From positions 14,271 through 78,270 of the forward strand of contig JBGARJ010000016.1 in assembly GCA_044230315.1 (NCBI GenBank): DNA of 64,000 nt. Reading direction: 5' to 3'. The translations under genes and the position numbers were made by a program. Each line of letters opens with the position of its first letter. Position 1 is the stretch's first letter. Of this stretch, positions 51,997-63,000 are shown piece after piece. Under the pieces are notes generated by a model that saw nothing but the letters and a program-made list of their open reading frames with translations, made no database searches and was not told the DNA's origin. Source of the DNA: Saprospiraceae bacterium (GTDB lineage: Bacteria; Bacteroidota; Bacteroidia; Chitinophagales; Saprospiraceae).

Positions 51997-54900
51997 ATGA
52001 TGAATTCCTTCAAAACGCTCAACAATCTGGCCGGGTGGCTGGTCTTTGCCATAGCCGCTCTTGTTCTGGGCGCAGCCGTTGAACCCACGGGCAGCCTTTG
52101 GGACTGCGGCGAGTTTATTTCCGGCGCTTACAAATTACAGGTGGTACACCCGCCGGGAGCGCCGATATTTCTCCTGGTGGGCCGTTTGTTTACCTGGGTA
52201 GCTACCCTCGTATCGAGCAACCCCTCCGATATTGCCTATTCCGTCAACCTGTTGTCGGCCCTTTGTACCGCCTTCGCCGGGATGTTTATTTGCTGGAGCA
52301 CCACCATCCTGGCCCGGCTGAGCCTGGCCGGCCGCGACCAGGAGCCGTCGTCGGGGCAGGCGATTGCCGTACTGGGCGCCGGTATTGTTGCCGGCCTGGC
52401 GGCGTCCTTTGCCTCTTCGGTGTGGTTTTCTGCCGTAGAAGGCGAGGTGTACGCGATGTCGACGTTCTTTACCTGCCTCACCTTATGGTCGGTATTGAAA
52501 TGGTACCAATTGCCCGACACCGCCGAAGCCGACCGCTGGCTGGTGTTTGCCTTCTATTCCGTCGCGTTGTCCATCGGCGTGCACCTGTTGAGCCTGCTGA
52601 CGTTTCCGGCGCTGGCGATGTTCTACTATTTTAAAAAGGCAAAAAAACCGACCCCGTTCAGGGCCCTGGTGGCAGCGGGCGCGGGGGTGGCCATTATTGT
52701 CGGCATGCAATATTTTATCATCGCCGGCATACCGCGTTTGTGGGCGTCGTTCGACCTGTTCGTGGTCAATTCCTTGGGTATGCCGTTCCATTCCGGGTTG
52801 ATCCTCGTGTTTTTGCTCTTCGGCGGCGTGCTGTGGTACGGATTGCATCGCGCCCGGGTAACCGGCAACGGCTTGCTGCAACGCATCGTCGTAGCGGTTG
52901 GCGTGGTGATCATCGCCTACCTGTCGTTTGGCATGGTGGTCATCCGGGCCAATTCCAACCCGCCGATCAATATGAACAACCCCTCCGATGCCACACGGTT
53001 GCTGCCGTACCTCAACCGCGAACAATACGGCGAGCGCCCCTTGCTCCGCGGACCGAGTTTTGACGCCAAACCGATCGATATCAAATCGGAGCCGCGCTAC
53101 GGCCGGGTGGGCGACCACTATGAGGTAGTGGACGAAAAAGTAGACTACGCTTACCCCGAGTCGAGTAAAACCCTCTTCCCGCGAATGGGCGACTATTCGC
53201 AGGGCCGCCCGCAGTTGTACCGCAAATGGATCGACAAGCCTTCGGGCGAGCCGACCTTCGGCGACAACATCGAGTTTTTCTGGAAGTACCAATTGGGCTG
53301 GATGTACTGGCGGTATTTCATGTGGAACTTCTCCGGCCGGCAAAACGGCGAGCAGGGTTACTATTCCTGGGACCCCAGCTCCGGCAACTGGATCACCGGT
53401 TTCGACGCCATCGACGAAGGGCGCATCGGCAACCAGAAGGAACTGCCGGAATTCCTGAAAAACAACCAGGCGCGGAACAAATACTACATGATCCCCTTCC
53501 TGTTGGGCTTGCTCGGTTTGTTTTTCCACTACCAGCGTCGCCCGCGGGATTTTGCCGCGCTGATGGCCTTGTTCATCATTACGGGCATCGGTATTATCGT
53601 GTACTCCAACCAGCCGCCCAATGAGCCGCGCGAACGGGATTACGTGCTGGTCGGTTCTATTTTCACCTTCGCGATCTGGATCGGCCTGAGTGTGCCGGCC
53701 TTGTTCGATATCTTCAGCACCCGCCTGCGCGTGCCGGGCGTGGCAGCCGCAGCCGGCGCTTCCCTGCTGGCTTTGTCGGCGCCGCTGCTTATGGTCACCC
53801 AAAACTGGGACGACCACAGCCGGGCCCACCACTACGCCAGCCGCGACTACGCCCGCAACTTCCTCGAGTCCTGCGCCAAAGACGCCATCATTTTCACCTA
53901 TGGCGACAACGATACGTACCCGCTCTGGTATTGCCAGGAAGTGGAAGGCATTCGCACCGACGTGCGCGTGGTCAACCTTTCACTGATCGCCGTCGATTGG
54001 TATATCGACCAGCTGCGGCGCAAGGTGAACGACTCGCCGGCGATCGAGCTGAGCATTCCGCAGGAAAAATTGAGGGGCTATAAACGCGTTCAACTTCCGT
54101 TCTATTCGCCTACCGGTCAGGAACCGGAAATGACCGTGCAGCAGGTCCTGAAATTCGTCGGCGAAGATCACCCCGTGCCCATGCAGGGCGGCCGCGATTT
54201 CGACTCCTATGTGCCGACGCACAAAATGTCAATCCCCGTCAACAAGCAAGCAATGATTGCCAACGGCCTGCTGGCGGCCAACGACAGCACGGTCGTGGAT
54301 ACCATTCATTTTGACCTGGGCGACAAGAGCTACCTGATCAAGGACGACCTGGCTATCCTGGATGTGGTGGCCTCCAATTTCGACAAGCGCCCGATTTACT
54401 GGGCCGTCACCACCCGGGAAGAAAAACTCCTGGGACTGGCCGATTACCTCCAACTCGAAGGCCTCGCCCTGCGCCTGGTGCCCATCCGCTCGCGCAGCGA
54501 AGGCAACAGTTTCGGGATCATCGGCAGCGGCCGGGTGGATACGGAAATTGCGTACCGCAACATTATGGAAAAATGGCACTGGGGCAACTTCGACAAGGAG
54601 CGGCTGTTCGTAGACCGTTCGTACATGCCCAGCCTGCAAACGATGCGGGTGGCGATCATTCGCGTGGCGCGGCAACTGATCAACGAAGGCAAAAAGGACA
54701 AGGCCATCGCGCTGGCCGACCGTTACTTTGAGGTGTTCCCGGAATTTAACTTCCCCCCCGACCAGTTCTCGGCCTACATGGCGGATATTTATTCCCGGGC
54801 CGGCGCCAATGATAAAGCCGCCAAACAGATCCGGTCGATCGCCAAAACACAGGAAGAATTGCTGCGGTTTTACAAATCGCAAACGCCCGACTTCCAGAAA

Positions 54901-55056
54901 GGATACGAGCAGGATTTCCGCTTTGCCGCCGGCACCGCCCAAACGCTGATCGGCATTGCCCAGTACATGAAAGACGATTCGCTCAGGCAGGAACTGGAGA
55001 ACAAATTCAACCCGTACCTGCCCAATACCCCCGGCCTGCCCGGGTTGCCGCAATAG
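51997..55056 (+). CDS. DUF2723-family polytopic membrane protein (glycosyltransferase-like)
   Basis: The N-terminus EPTGSLWDCGEFISGAYKLQVVHPPGAPIFLL is characteristic of DUF2723. There are about 11 TM segments followed by a large soluble TPR-like C-terminal half. The start is the ATG at 51997. Confidence 0.85.
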   Translation: MMNSFKTLNNLAGWLVFAIAALVLGAAVEPTGSLWDCGEFISGAYKLQVVHPPGAPIFLLVGRLFTWVATLVSSNPSDIAYSVNLLSALCTAFAGMFICWSTTILARLSLAGRDQEPSSGQAIAVLGAGIVAGLAASFASSVWFSAVEGEVYAMSTFFTCLTLWSVLKWYQLPDTAEADRWLVFAFYSVALSIGVHLLSLLTFPALAMFYYFKKAKKPTPFRALVAAGAGVAIIVGMQYFIIAGIPRLWASFDLFVVNSLGMPFHSGLILVFLLFGGVLWYGLHRARVTGNGLLQRIVVAVGVVIIAYLSFGMVVIRANSNPPINMNNPSDATRLLPYLNREQYGERPLLRGPSFDAKPIDIKSEPRYGRVGDHYEVVDEKVDYAYPESSKTLFPRMGDYSQGRPQLYRKWIDKPSGEPTFGDNIEFFWKYQLGWMYWRYFMWNFSGRQNGEQGYYSWDPSSGNWITGFDAIDEGRIGNQKELPEFLKNNQARNKYYMIPFLLGLLGLFFHYQRRPRDFAALMALFIITGIGIIVYSNQPPNEPRERDYVLVGSIFTFAIWIGLSVPALFDIFSTRLRVPGVAAAAGASLLALSAPLLMVTQNWDDHSRAHHYASRDYARNFLESCAKDAIIFTYGDNDTYPLWYCQEVEGIRTDVRVVNLSLIAVDWYIDQLRRKVNDSPAIELSIPQEKLRGYKRVQLPFYSPTGQEPEMTVQQVLKFVGEDHPVPMQGGRDFDSYVPTHKMSIPVNKQAMIANGLLAANDSTVVDTIHFDLGDKSYLIKDDLAILDVVASNFDKRPIYWAVTTREEKLLGLADYLQLEGLALRLVPIRSRSEGNSFGIIGSGRVDTEIAYRNIMEKWHWGNFDKERLFVDRSYMPSLQTMRVAIIRVARQLINEGKKDKAIALADRYFEVFPEFNFPPDQFSAYMADIYSRAGANDKAAKQIRSIAKTQEELLRFYKSQTPDFQKGYEQDFRFAAGTAQTLIGIAQYMKDDSLRQELENKFNPYLPNTPGLPGLPQ

Positions 55057-55224
55057 TAAAGCAATAGGAAAAAACAACGCATGGCGCCTGTTATCGCCTC
55101 CCGCGGGAGACGGAAGCAGGCGCCATTTTTCCTTAAACTTGTGGCGACGGGCGTGTTTGGCGGTAAAAACGCCATTTTTCCCGCTCAAGCCCGGTTGGAA
55201 CAAGTCAAGTCAATTCTGCCGAAT

Positions 55225-55746
55225 ATGCAGCACCTGATCATCGAACTCAAAGCCCGCACCCGGCGCCAGGCGGAAATCCGAACCTGGCTCAACGAAAACG
55301 GCGCCGATTTTCGGGGCCTCGACGAACAGACGGATACGTATTTCAACCTGCCGCCCGGCGCCGGGCGGTTGAAGATCCGCCAGGGAACGGTTGAAAACAA
55401 CCTGATCCATTACCACCGCGGCAACGAAGCGAAGGCGCGCGCTTCTGACGTGACCCTGGCCGCGGTAGCCGACGGCGCAGCGTTGAAGGATTGTTTGACC
55501 CGGGCACTGGGTGTGCTGGTAGAGGTGCGCAAGCGCCGCGAGATCTATTTTGTGGACAACGTTAAAATTCACCTCGACGAGCTGGCCGGTCTGGGTCAAT
55601 TCATCGAGATCGAGGCCATAGCCCCTGCGCCCGGCTATCCGGTGGAAAAACTGCACGGGCAATGCGCCTATTTTATGCAAATCTTTGGCATCGCACCGGA
55701 GGATATTCTGGCTGAATCGTATAGCGATTTGCTGCTGGAGCGATAA
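55225..55746 (+). CDS. CYTH-domain protein / class IV adenylate cyclase (CyaB-like)
   Basis: MQHLIIELKAR (ExExK-type start), TDTYF, LKIRQ, VRKRREIYFVDNVKIHLDELAGLGQFIEIEA. Confidence 0.8.
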   Translation: MQHLIIELKARTRRQAEIRTWLNENGADFRGLDEQTDTYFNLPPGAGRLKIRQGTVENNLIHYHRGNEAKARASDVTLAAVADGAALKDCLTRALGVLVEVRKRREIYFVDNVKIHLDELAGLGQFIEIEAIAPAPGYPVEKLHGQCAYFMQIFGIAPEDILAESYSDLLLER

Positions 55747-55772
55747 TCCCTTCCAGCGCTAAAACATGTTTT

Positions 55773-57509
55773 TTAAGGCGCAGCATAGTGAAAGTCGACC
55801 GGTATGCCGCCCGCCAGCAGCCTGCCTTGTTTCACCGTAAACCTGCTTCCGGCGGGCACCAGTATCAGCAGCCTGGCCGAATCGCCGCCGATGTCGAAGC
55901 GGTTCCGGCCTTTTACGCTTTTCAGCAACACTTTTCGCTCCACCGCGTCGTATACATCCACTGTTGCCGGACCGGCATCGAACAACACGGTTTTCGACAC
56001 CGGGTAGGGGTTGTAAAACAGATAAGTCGGGTAAGCATCCTGCTTTCGGAACATATCGGTGGCCCGGCAATCGATTTGCAGGATCTGTTCCACATCCGTC
56101 GTGCGGATAATGGCGCCGTAAATCCCTACATGTCCGCTGCCGTACACCGAAAACATGGTTTCGGGGGGCATTCCCGGCGCCCAGAGCGGGCCGTCGCCCT
56201 GCGCCAATGGTGAAATACCGCGGTACGCTTCGTAGGAGGGCTGGCGGATCAGGCCTTCATAGGCGATCACGTTTTTGGTGACCGCTTTGCGCTGCGGCAG
56301 CGCCTGCAGCGAATCGGGTATGCCGGCAGGGTAGAACAACCGCGCGGTATTGGCCGCGTTGAGCAGCCATTTACCCACCGCACGGGCATAGCGCTGGTCG
56401 TAGCGCACCATGGCCGTGAGCGGCCACGCCAGATCGAATGTGTTCATCAGAAAGCCGTAACCGCCGCGGTCGGTGGTACTGCCGCCCATGCCGCTGACAT
56501 CGTAACCGCCCCAGTTGCCGACGATGACGCCCCAGCCTTCGCGGTTGGTGGCGGTGCCGTCGAAGGTCCAGTCGATAAAGCGTTTGGGGTCGTAATGCGC
56601 GCCGTTTTCGGCGTTCATACGGGCGGCGAGGTAAGCGCCGAAAGGCATCAGGATTTCATAGAACCGGCTTTCCTTTTGGCCGGCGAGCACGTCGAGAGCA
56701 TGTCGGGCAGCGCGGAGGTACTTTTCGTCGCCGAATTTTATATAAGCCGAGTACAGGATAAACGCATACCCGGCCGCTACGTCTTCCTGCGGCGGCACCT
56801 GGTTGTGGCCCGGCGTCATGGTCTTGAAGTCAAAGAATGAATAGCTGTAGTTGTTGCCCAGGATAGAATCGGAGCGATAAAACTGATCCGCTATGGTGCG
56901 CATGATCTCCGGATAGCCCGCTTCCTTCGGATAGAAATTGCCGATGGCATAAAACAGCACGTTATTGTACACATCGTACCAGTAATCGTTGCCGTAGCCG
57001 CCGCCGATATGCGCCGCCTTATTGGTAAAATTCATGACGATGTTCCAACCGTTGTCCTTGTTGAAATAATTGCGGGCCATGCGGACGTAGTTGCGGCCGC
57101 CCTGGTTGCTCTTATCGATGCCGCTGAGTGTGGCGCCGAGGATCGAACCCAGCACGGCCAATGCTTCGTGGGCTTCGCCGTTGTGTTGCTGCGGTCCTTC
57201 GCGCACGTCGCCGATGGCCGTATAGATCCCAAAAGTGGACTGGTCAAAATTGCGCTTGTTGGGGTCGGCCCAGATCAGGGGCCAATAGTCGCCCTGCGCT
57301 GAGAAATCGTACACCAGCCGGTCGAAATCGAGTGCGGTTTGCCGCCAGTCTTTCATCGCATACGGCTTGGGCTGGTTGGGCATTTGCTCGATGCGGGGAA
57401 TGGCGATTTGGCCGGCGGGTGCGGCAGGCTTGGGCAGCGACAATACGGATTTGCAGGTCAGGCCACCCAGGCCCAACAGCAGCAGGAGGAAGGTTGTGTT
57501 TTTGAACAT
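55773..57509 (-). CDS. hypothetical secreted protein, possibly an (alpha/alpha)6 glycoside-hydrolase-like enzyme
   Basis: It has a signal peptide and an aromatic-rich helical composition. It is the last gene in a co-directional cluster, downstream of GH130 and the MFS gene. No family recognised. Confidence 0.65.
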   Translation of the reverse strand: MFKNTTFLLLLLGLGGLTCKSVLSLPKPAAPAGQIAIPRIEQMPNQPKPYAMKDWRQTALDFDRLVYDFSAQGDYWPLIWADPNKRNFDQSTFGIYTAIGDVREGPQQHNGEAHEALAVLGSILGATLSGIDKSNQGGRNYVRMARNYFNKDNGWNIVMNFTNKAAHIGGGYGNDYWYDVYNNVLFYAIGNFYPKEAGYPEIMRTIADQFYRSDSILGNNYSYSFFDFKTMTPGHNQVPPQEDVAAGYAFILYSAYIKFGDEKYLRAARHALDVLAGQKESRFYEILMPFGAYLAARMNAENGAHYDPKRFIDWTFDGTATNREGWGVIVGNWGGYDVSGMGGSTTDRGGYGFLMNTFDLAWPLTAMVRYDQRYARAVGKWLLNAANTARLFYPAGIPDSLQALPQRKAVTKNVIAYEGLIRQPSYEAYRGISPLAQGDGPLWAPGMPPETMFSVYGSGHVGIYGAIIRTTDVEQILQIDCRATDMFRKQDAYPTYLFYNPYPVSKTVLFDAGPATVDVYDAVERKVLLKSVKGRNRFDIGGDSARLLILVPAGSRFTVKQGRLLAGGIPVDFHYAAP

Positions 57510-57519
57510 AAAAAGCGGT

Positions 57520-58809
57520 TTACACGGGTTCTTTTAGCATGGCAACGTCGGCATCGGCGGCAGGCTTCGCGCTCCAGGATTTGTCGCGGAGAATAAATTT
57601 GGCCACAAAAACCGACAGGAATTGAATGAGCGCGATCACCAGCAGGGCGTAGCGGAGGGCGATATCGTCGCTCACGTAACGGGCCAGGAGGATAAACATC
57701 CCGCAGCCAAACAGTCGGCCCGCATACAGGCCGATCTCGTGGTTGAAAATGTAGGCGAATTCGTTGCGGTTTTCCTTGGCTGCCACCAGATCGATAACGC
57801 CCAACTGAATGGGGAAATAGGCGATGTCGAGCAGCGGCCGCGCAAAGATCAGGCACAAAACAAACAGGATCACGCCCAGCGAGGAATACAGGCCGGCGTT
57901 GAACAAGGCCCCCACCACAAAAAGGGTCAATCCGGCGGTAAAGATGCTCAGCCGGTGTTTGGAACTGGTGGTGCGGCCGAGCACGTACAACAGAATGGCC
58001 GACAATAGGGCGCCCACCGATTGGATCAGCCCCAGTTCGCCTTCTTTGCCCACCAGTTTCATGATCAGCATCACCGGCGCCGTCACAATGTACCCCTGCG
58101 CCACCCCCTTGAGGGCCGAGAGCAGAAGCATTTTGTTCCACAAGCGGTCGAAGCGCAAAAACAGGAACGGCGACTTTTTGGGGTTTTGGAAATTACCCCG
58201 GTGCACCAGCACGGAAGACAACAACGTGAGTGCAAACACGCAACCGGTAAGTATGTAATAGGCCACGTTCACGTTGCCGCCGAACCAACCCAGTCGTTGC
58301 GTGGCGGCGATAAAGCTGCCCGCCAGAAAAGGCACCACGATGAAGGAAATGGTGTATAAAAACGTTTCGACGCCGTAGTAATAGTTTCGGTTGTCGTCCT
58401 GCGTAGTGTTGAGCGCCAGAAAATCGCGGTTGGCCCAGAAGAAGCCATACGACAAGCCCATGATCAGCCCGCCGAGAAACACGCCCGCCGTATCGAGTTC
58501 ATGGAGCATCATCATGGCGGTCATCGATATGCCGCTGAGCAGCATTCCGAAGGAATACAGCCGCGCGATGGGGATATGGTTGAGCAAAAATCCGTTGATC
58601 ATGAACGTGGCGGGGATACCCGTGTACAGCGCCAGCTGAAATACCACCACCAGGCTGATATCGGATGAATTGCGCATGATGTACGCGCCGATAAACAGCT
58701 CGATGATCGGCAGTACCAGCGCGTATATGAGGTTGGTCATCAGCAGCATCCGCATACCAAGCGGATGGGCCATGAAAAAGTCGAACTCTTTTGTAATTTT
58801 TTTCAGCAT
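57520..58809 (-). CDS. MFS-type transporter
   Basis: 429 aa with 12 hydrophobic segments. Confidence 0.8.
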   Translation of the reverse strand: MLKKITKEFDFFMAHPLGMRMLLMTNLIYALVLPIIELFIGAYIMRNSSDISLVVVFQLALYTGIPATFMINGFLLNHIPIARLYSFGMLLSGISMTAMMMLHELDTAGVFLGGLIMGLSYGFFWANRDFLALNTTQDDNRNYYYGVETFLYTISFIVVPFLAGSFIAATQRLGWFGGNVNVAYYILTGCVFALTLLSSVLVHRGNFQNPKKSPFLFLRFDRLWNKMLLLSALKGVAQGYIVTAPVMLIMKLVGKEGELGLIQSVGALLSAILLYVLGRTTSSKHRLSIFTAGLTLFVVGALFNAGLYSSLGVILFVLCLIFARPLLDIAYFPIQLGVIDLVAAKENRNEFAYIFNHEIGLYAGRLFGCGMFILLARYVSDDIALRYALLVIALIQFLSVFVAKFILRDKSWSAKPAADADVAMLKEPV

Positions 58810-58856
58810 GGTAAAAGGTTGAAGTTTGCCCCGACGACTACCGGGAGGTTCGATGT

Positions 58857-59909
58857 TCAGGCCGTTGCTTTCAGGTGCGACAAGACCTCGTTAACAGACA
58901 AGGTGGCGCCGCAAATGACCTCATCCGAAGCGCCGTAATACATGGTGATTTTATCGTCGTGCACCAGGTGGCCGTTGGTAAACACTACGTTGCCGAAGAA
59001 ACCCTGTTGTTCATAGGGCGCAATGGGTTCCATCAGGGGGTCAACGGATCGAGCCAACACGTTGGAAGGGTCTTTGAGGTCGAGCAACACAGCGCCCAGG
59101 CAGTAACGGTGGTTGAAATCGGCGCCGTGATAAATTTCCAGCCAGCCTTCGCTGGTTTTGATGGGTGCGGCGCCGGCGCCCACGCGGGCACTGTCCCACA
59201 TACCCTCGCGGGTGTGGAGGATACAACGGTGCCCGCCCCAGTGCTTCAGGTCGGGCGAAGTGGCGATCCAGATAAAATTGCCGCCCAATTCGACCCCCGA
59301 GGGGCGGTGCAGGCAGTAGTACAGGCCGTCGATTTGCTCCTCAAACAGGGCGCAGTCTTTGTTGTGCGGCGGCAGGATCATGCCTGCGCGGGTGAACTGC
59401 TGCCAGTCGCTGGTGCGCATCAAACCGACTCCCACGCCGTGGTCCGACACCTGGGTATAGGTCAGGTGGTACGCGCCGTCGATCCGGCAAACCCGGCAAT
59501 CTTCAATGCCAAAAGACTCCAAATCGCCGTGGCCGAATATTTTGGTCGGCTGCTGACCAGCGGGTTCGTAAAAGTGCACGCCATCGTCGCTGCACACCAG
59601 GCGCAGGTGGGATATGGTCGACAAATAAGAGACTTTCCTGTACCGCACAAACCGCGCGTCGGAAAGATCGACGTCCGGGTCGTTCCGGTCAAATTCCATG
59701 ATTTTTAAACTACCGTCGTCCCGCATTACCGGAAAAGAGACCTTTCCTTCCTGTTGTATCGGGCGTTCGGCTACGCGCAGCAACAGCCACGTTTTGCCGG
59801 CAAACGAAAAAACGCCGGGGTTCAGCACACATTCCACCACCAGACCCGGATGACTGGGCCGGATATCGGCAGTTCGCAAAATCGGATTTTGTTCAAACCG
59901 GTTGACCAT
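58857..59909 (-). CDS. GH130-family glycosidase / beta-mannoside phosphorylase-like protein
   Basis: FEQNPILRTADIRPS...VLNPGVF is a typical GH130 N-terminus, with five-bladed propeller-like repeats. 350 aa, no signal peptide. Confidence 0.75.
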   Translation of the reverse strand: MVNRFEQNPILRTADIRPSHPGLVVECVLNPGVFSFAGKTWLLLRVAERPIQQEGKVSFPVMRDDGSLKIMEFDRNDPDVDLSDARFVRYRKVSYLSTISHLRLVCSDDGVHFYEPAGQQPTKIFGHGDLESFGIEDCRVCRIDGAYHLTYTQVSDHGVGVGLMRTSDWQQFTRAGMILPPHNKDCALFEEQIDGLYYCLHRPSGVELGGNFIWIATSPDLKHWGGHRCILHTREGMWDSARVGAGAAPIKTSEGWLEIYHGADFNHRYCLGAVLLDLKDPSNVLARSVDPLMEPIAPYEQQGFFGNVVFTNGHLVHDDKITMYYGASDEVICGATLSVNEVLSHLKATA

Positions 59910-59935
59910 CTGCGCGTTTGGGTTTTAGATTTAAA

Positions 59936-60021
59936 AATGGACAGGATTTACAGGATAACAAAGTTATTTTTGGCTGATTATCAATAACATACAGTTTGTT
60001 TGTCCTGTAATCCTGTCCATT
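59936..60021. repeat. imperfect 27-bp inverted repeat separated by about 32 nt
   Basis: AATGGACAGGATTTACAGGATAACAAA (59936-59962) against TTTGTTTGTCCTGTAATCCTGTCCATT (59995-60021), with one indel and one mismatch. It lies between the LamG gene stop and the GH130 start. Confidence 0.7.
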
Positions 60022-60047
60022 AATTTCGAATAAGGCGTTAGCTGAGC

Positions 60048-63000
60048 CTATTGTTTGTTAAACTTCACCGAGCCGAGGCTTTTACCACCCAACACGAAGT
60101 TGAGGAAGTAGCTGCCCTGCGGGTAGTTGCGTACGTTCAGGGTGATCAGATCGGCCGGCACCTCGTGCTGGTCGAAGCGGACGGCGTCGATTTGGCGGCC
60201 CTGCACATCAAACACGCGCAGCAGCAAGGGCTGTTGCCCGTCGAGGCGGTGCTTGATCAACAGACGGTCGGTCGCCGGATTCGGGAACACATCCTGTACC
60301 ACCTGCAGCAGATCGCCGCTCAGGTATTCATCGGTGCCGGTGGTGCCGGTTTCGTACAAATGCGCGATCTCGCCGCCGGTGAGCGCTTTGTTGTAAATTT
60401 TCAACTCATCCAGCGCGCCGTTGAAATATTGCCCGCCTTCGATGGGGTTGCTGCCCATGCCCAGGGGCCGTCCGGTTGTATTCAGTATGCCGAGCGCCGG
60501 TTTGATATTGGCTTGCTGGCCATTCACGTAGATGATGTCGTTGGTGCCGTCGTGCACCATGGTGACGTACCACCAGAAACCTTTGACCATTTCGTTGCCG
60601 TCGCCCGAGTCCATATCGGAGATAAAGTTGGGGAACTGGGCGTTTTTGCTGTTGGTGGTCCACACGATTTTCAGGTGTGGCGGCAGCGACACTTTCCAGC
60701 GCTGGCTCCAGTGCCCGAAGTCGAGGATATAGGCCTCTGCATCGGCGATATTGGTGTTGTCTACCCGGACCCAGAAACTCACGGTAGCGTAGTCGGAAAT
60801 GAGCTGTACCGCGTTGGGCGCCAGCACGGAATCGCCGTTGCCGTCGAATTTGATCGCCATGCCGCTTCCATTGGGGTGCACCACGGGTTCGAACACCGGG
60901 TTGCCGCCGATCACGCCGTTGTTGGCATACGGGGTGACGTCGTTGGCGTTGCCTTCAAACGGGTACCAGGCCACGAGGCCGGGCTCGCCGGTGTCGATCT
61001 CCTTGTCGGTGCTCACCGTAATTTCGGCGATGTCCGAGTTGTTGCCGGCGGGGTCGAATGCATACACTTCAAACGTGTACGGCGTTTCGGAATCCAGCCC
61101 GCCAACCAGCGCCGAGGTGCTGTTGCCCGGCAAGGTGTCGTACACCACACCGTCCACCCGCACGACATAACCTGCCACTTTGCGGTCGTCGACCGAAGCA
61201 TCCCAGGCAAGCAGTACCGAGTGGGCGCCGGTGGTGGCGCTGAGGTTGCCGGGTTTGGTCGGCGGCGTCACGTCGGGGGTTTGGTCCTCGTCGGTTGTGG
61301 CTTTTACCGTAGTGGTGAGCGATTCGTTGCCGGCGGCGTCTACGGCGGTCACACCAAAGGTGAACTCGGTGAGCGGCGTCAGGCCGGGCAGCCAGATGGA
61401 GGTGCTGCTGGTCGTGTTGATTTTTACGCCGTCCCGGAAGACGTTGTACGCCACCACGCCCACATTGTCGGTAGCGGGTTGCCACGACAGGGTTACGTTG
61501 TTAAAGCTCACGGCGGCCTTCAGGTCGAGCGGTGCAGTGGGCGCTTCCGTGTCGGTGTTGGCGGGCGGCGTCGACTGACTCGCATAAAGGTCCGCCACTT
61601 CGGTGTCGCTGAGGGCGCGGTTATAGATTTGCACCTCGTCGAGGCTGCCGTTGAAGTACGACCCGCCGTCGACGGCATTATAACCCATACCCAGCGGACG
61701 CGTAGTGGCGTTGAGGGTGCCGGTCACGGCCTTTTCGTTTTTCATTACGCCGTCGATGAAAATTTTATCCTTGGCACCATCGTGCACCATTACGACGTGT
61801 TTCCATTGCCCCACGGGCAGTTCGTTGCCTCCACCGGCATCCATGTCGGAAATGCCGGAAGTGGCGTTGGTCGTCCAGACCACTTTGCCGTGCTGGGGCA
61901 GGGAGATTTTCCAGCGCTCCTGCCAGCCGCCGAAGGAGAGCAGGTAAGCTTCGCCGTTGCCGGGCAGCGATTTTACATTGACCCAGAAACTGACGGTGGC
62001 ATAATCCGAATTGAGTTGCGGCGAGTTGGTTGCGCTGATCTCATCGGTGGCGCCATTGAACGCGTAGGCATGGTTGACCTGGCCAAACCGGTCGCCGGCC
62101 AACAGCGCGCCGCTCGCCTGGGCGTTGTTGTGGAACGGCGTTTCATCATTGGTGTTGCCGTCGAACGTATAGTTGGCCACCAGTTCGTCCGTATAATTGG
62201 GCGCCATGCTTTGTTGGGCGTACAGATCGGCCACTTCGAGGTCGTCGAGTGCGCGGTTGTAAATTTGGATATCGTCGAGGCTGCCGTTGAAATAATTGCC
62301 CCCATCGATCGGATTGCTGCCGATACACAGCGGATACTTGGTGGCATGCAATTTACCCATTACGTCTTTTTCATTGGCCAGCACGCCGTTGATAAAGATC
62401 TTGTCCTTGGCGCCGTCGTGCACCATCGCCACGTGCCGCCATTGTCCGACAGGCAGTTCATGGCCGTCGCCGGCATCCATATCGGAGATACCGTTTTCGT
62501 AGTTGGTGGTAAACACCACTTTGCCGTGGCTGGGCACCGAAATCTTCCAGCGCTCCTGCCAGCCGCCGTTCGACAGCAGGTACGCCTCACCCGAGCCCGG
62601 CAGCGCATCTACCTTCACCCAGAAACTGATGGTAGCATAATCCGAATTCAGTTGTACCGAATTGGCGGCGAGCAGGGAATCTTTGCCGGCAAAATGGTAC
62701 GCGTTGGAGGCGTAACCGAACCGGTTGGCTGCGGGTGTGGCGCCGCCATTCGAGGCATGGTTGCCAAACTGGCTCCCGTCGTTGGTGTTGCCGGTGAAGC
62801 TGTACTTGGCAGCCAGGTCGGAGATCATACCCGGGAAGTTGGATTGCGCGGCGAATTCATCGGCCACCTGCTGGTTGCTGAAGGCGTAGTTATAAATCTG
62901 CACCTCGTCGAGCACGCCGTCAAAATAGCTGCCGCCGTCGACCGCATTGTAACCCATGCCGAGGGGCTTGGTGGTGCTGTTGAGGGTGCCGCCGACCATC

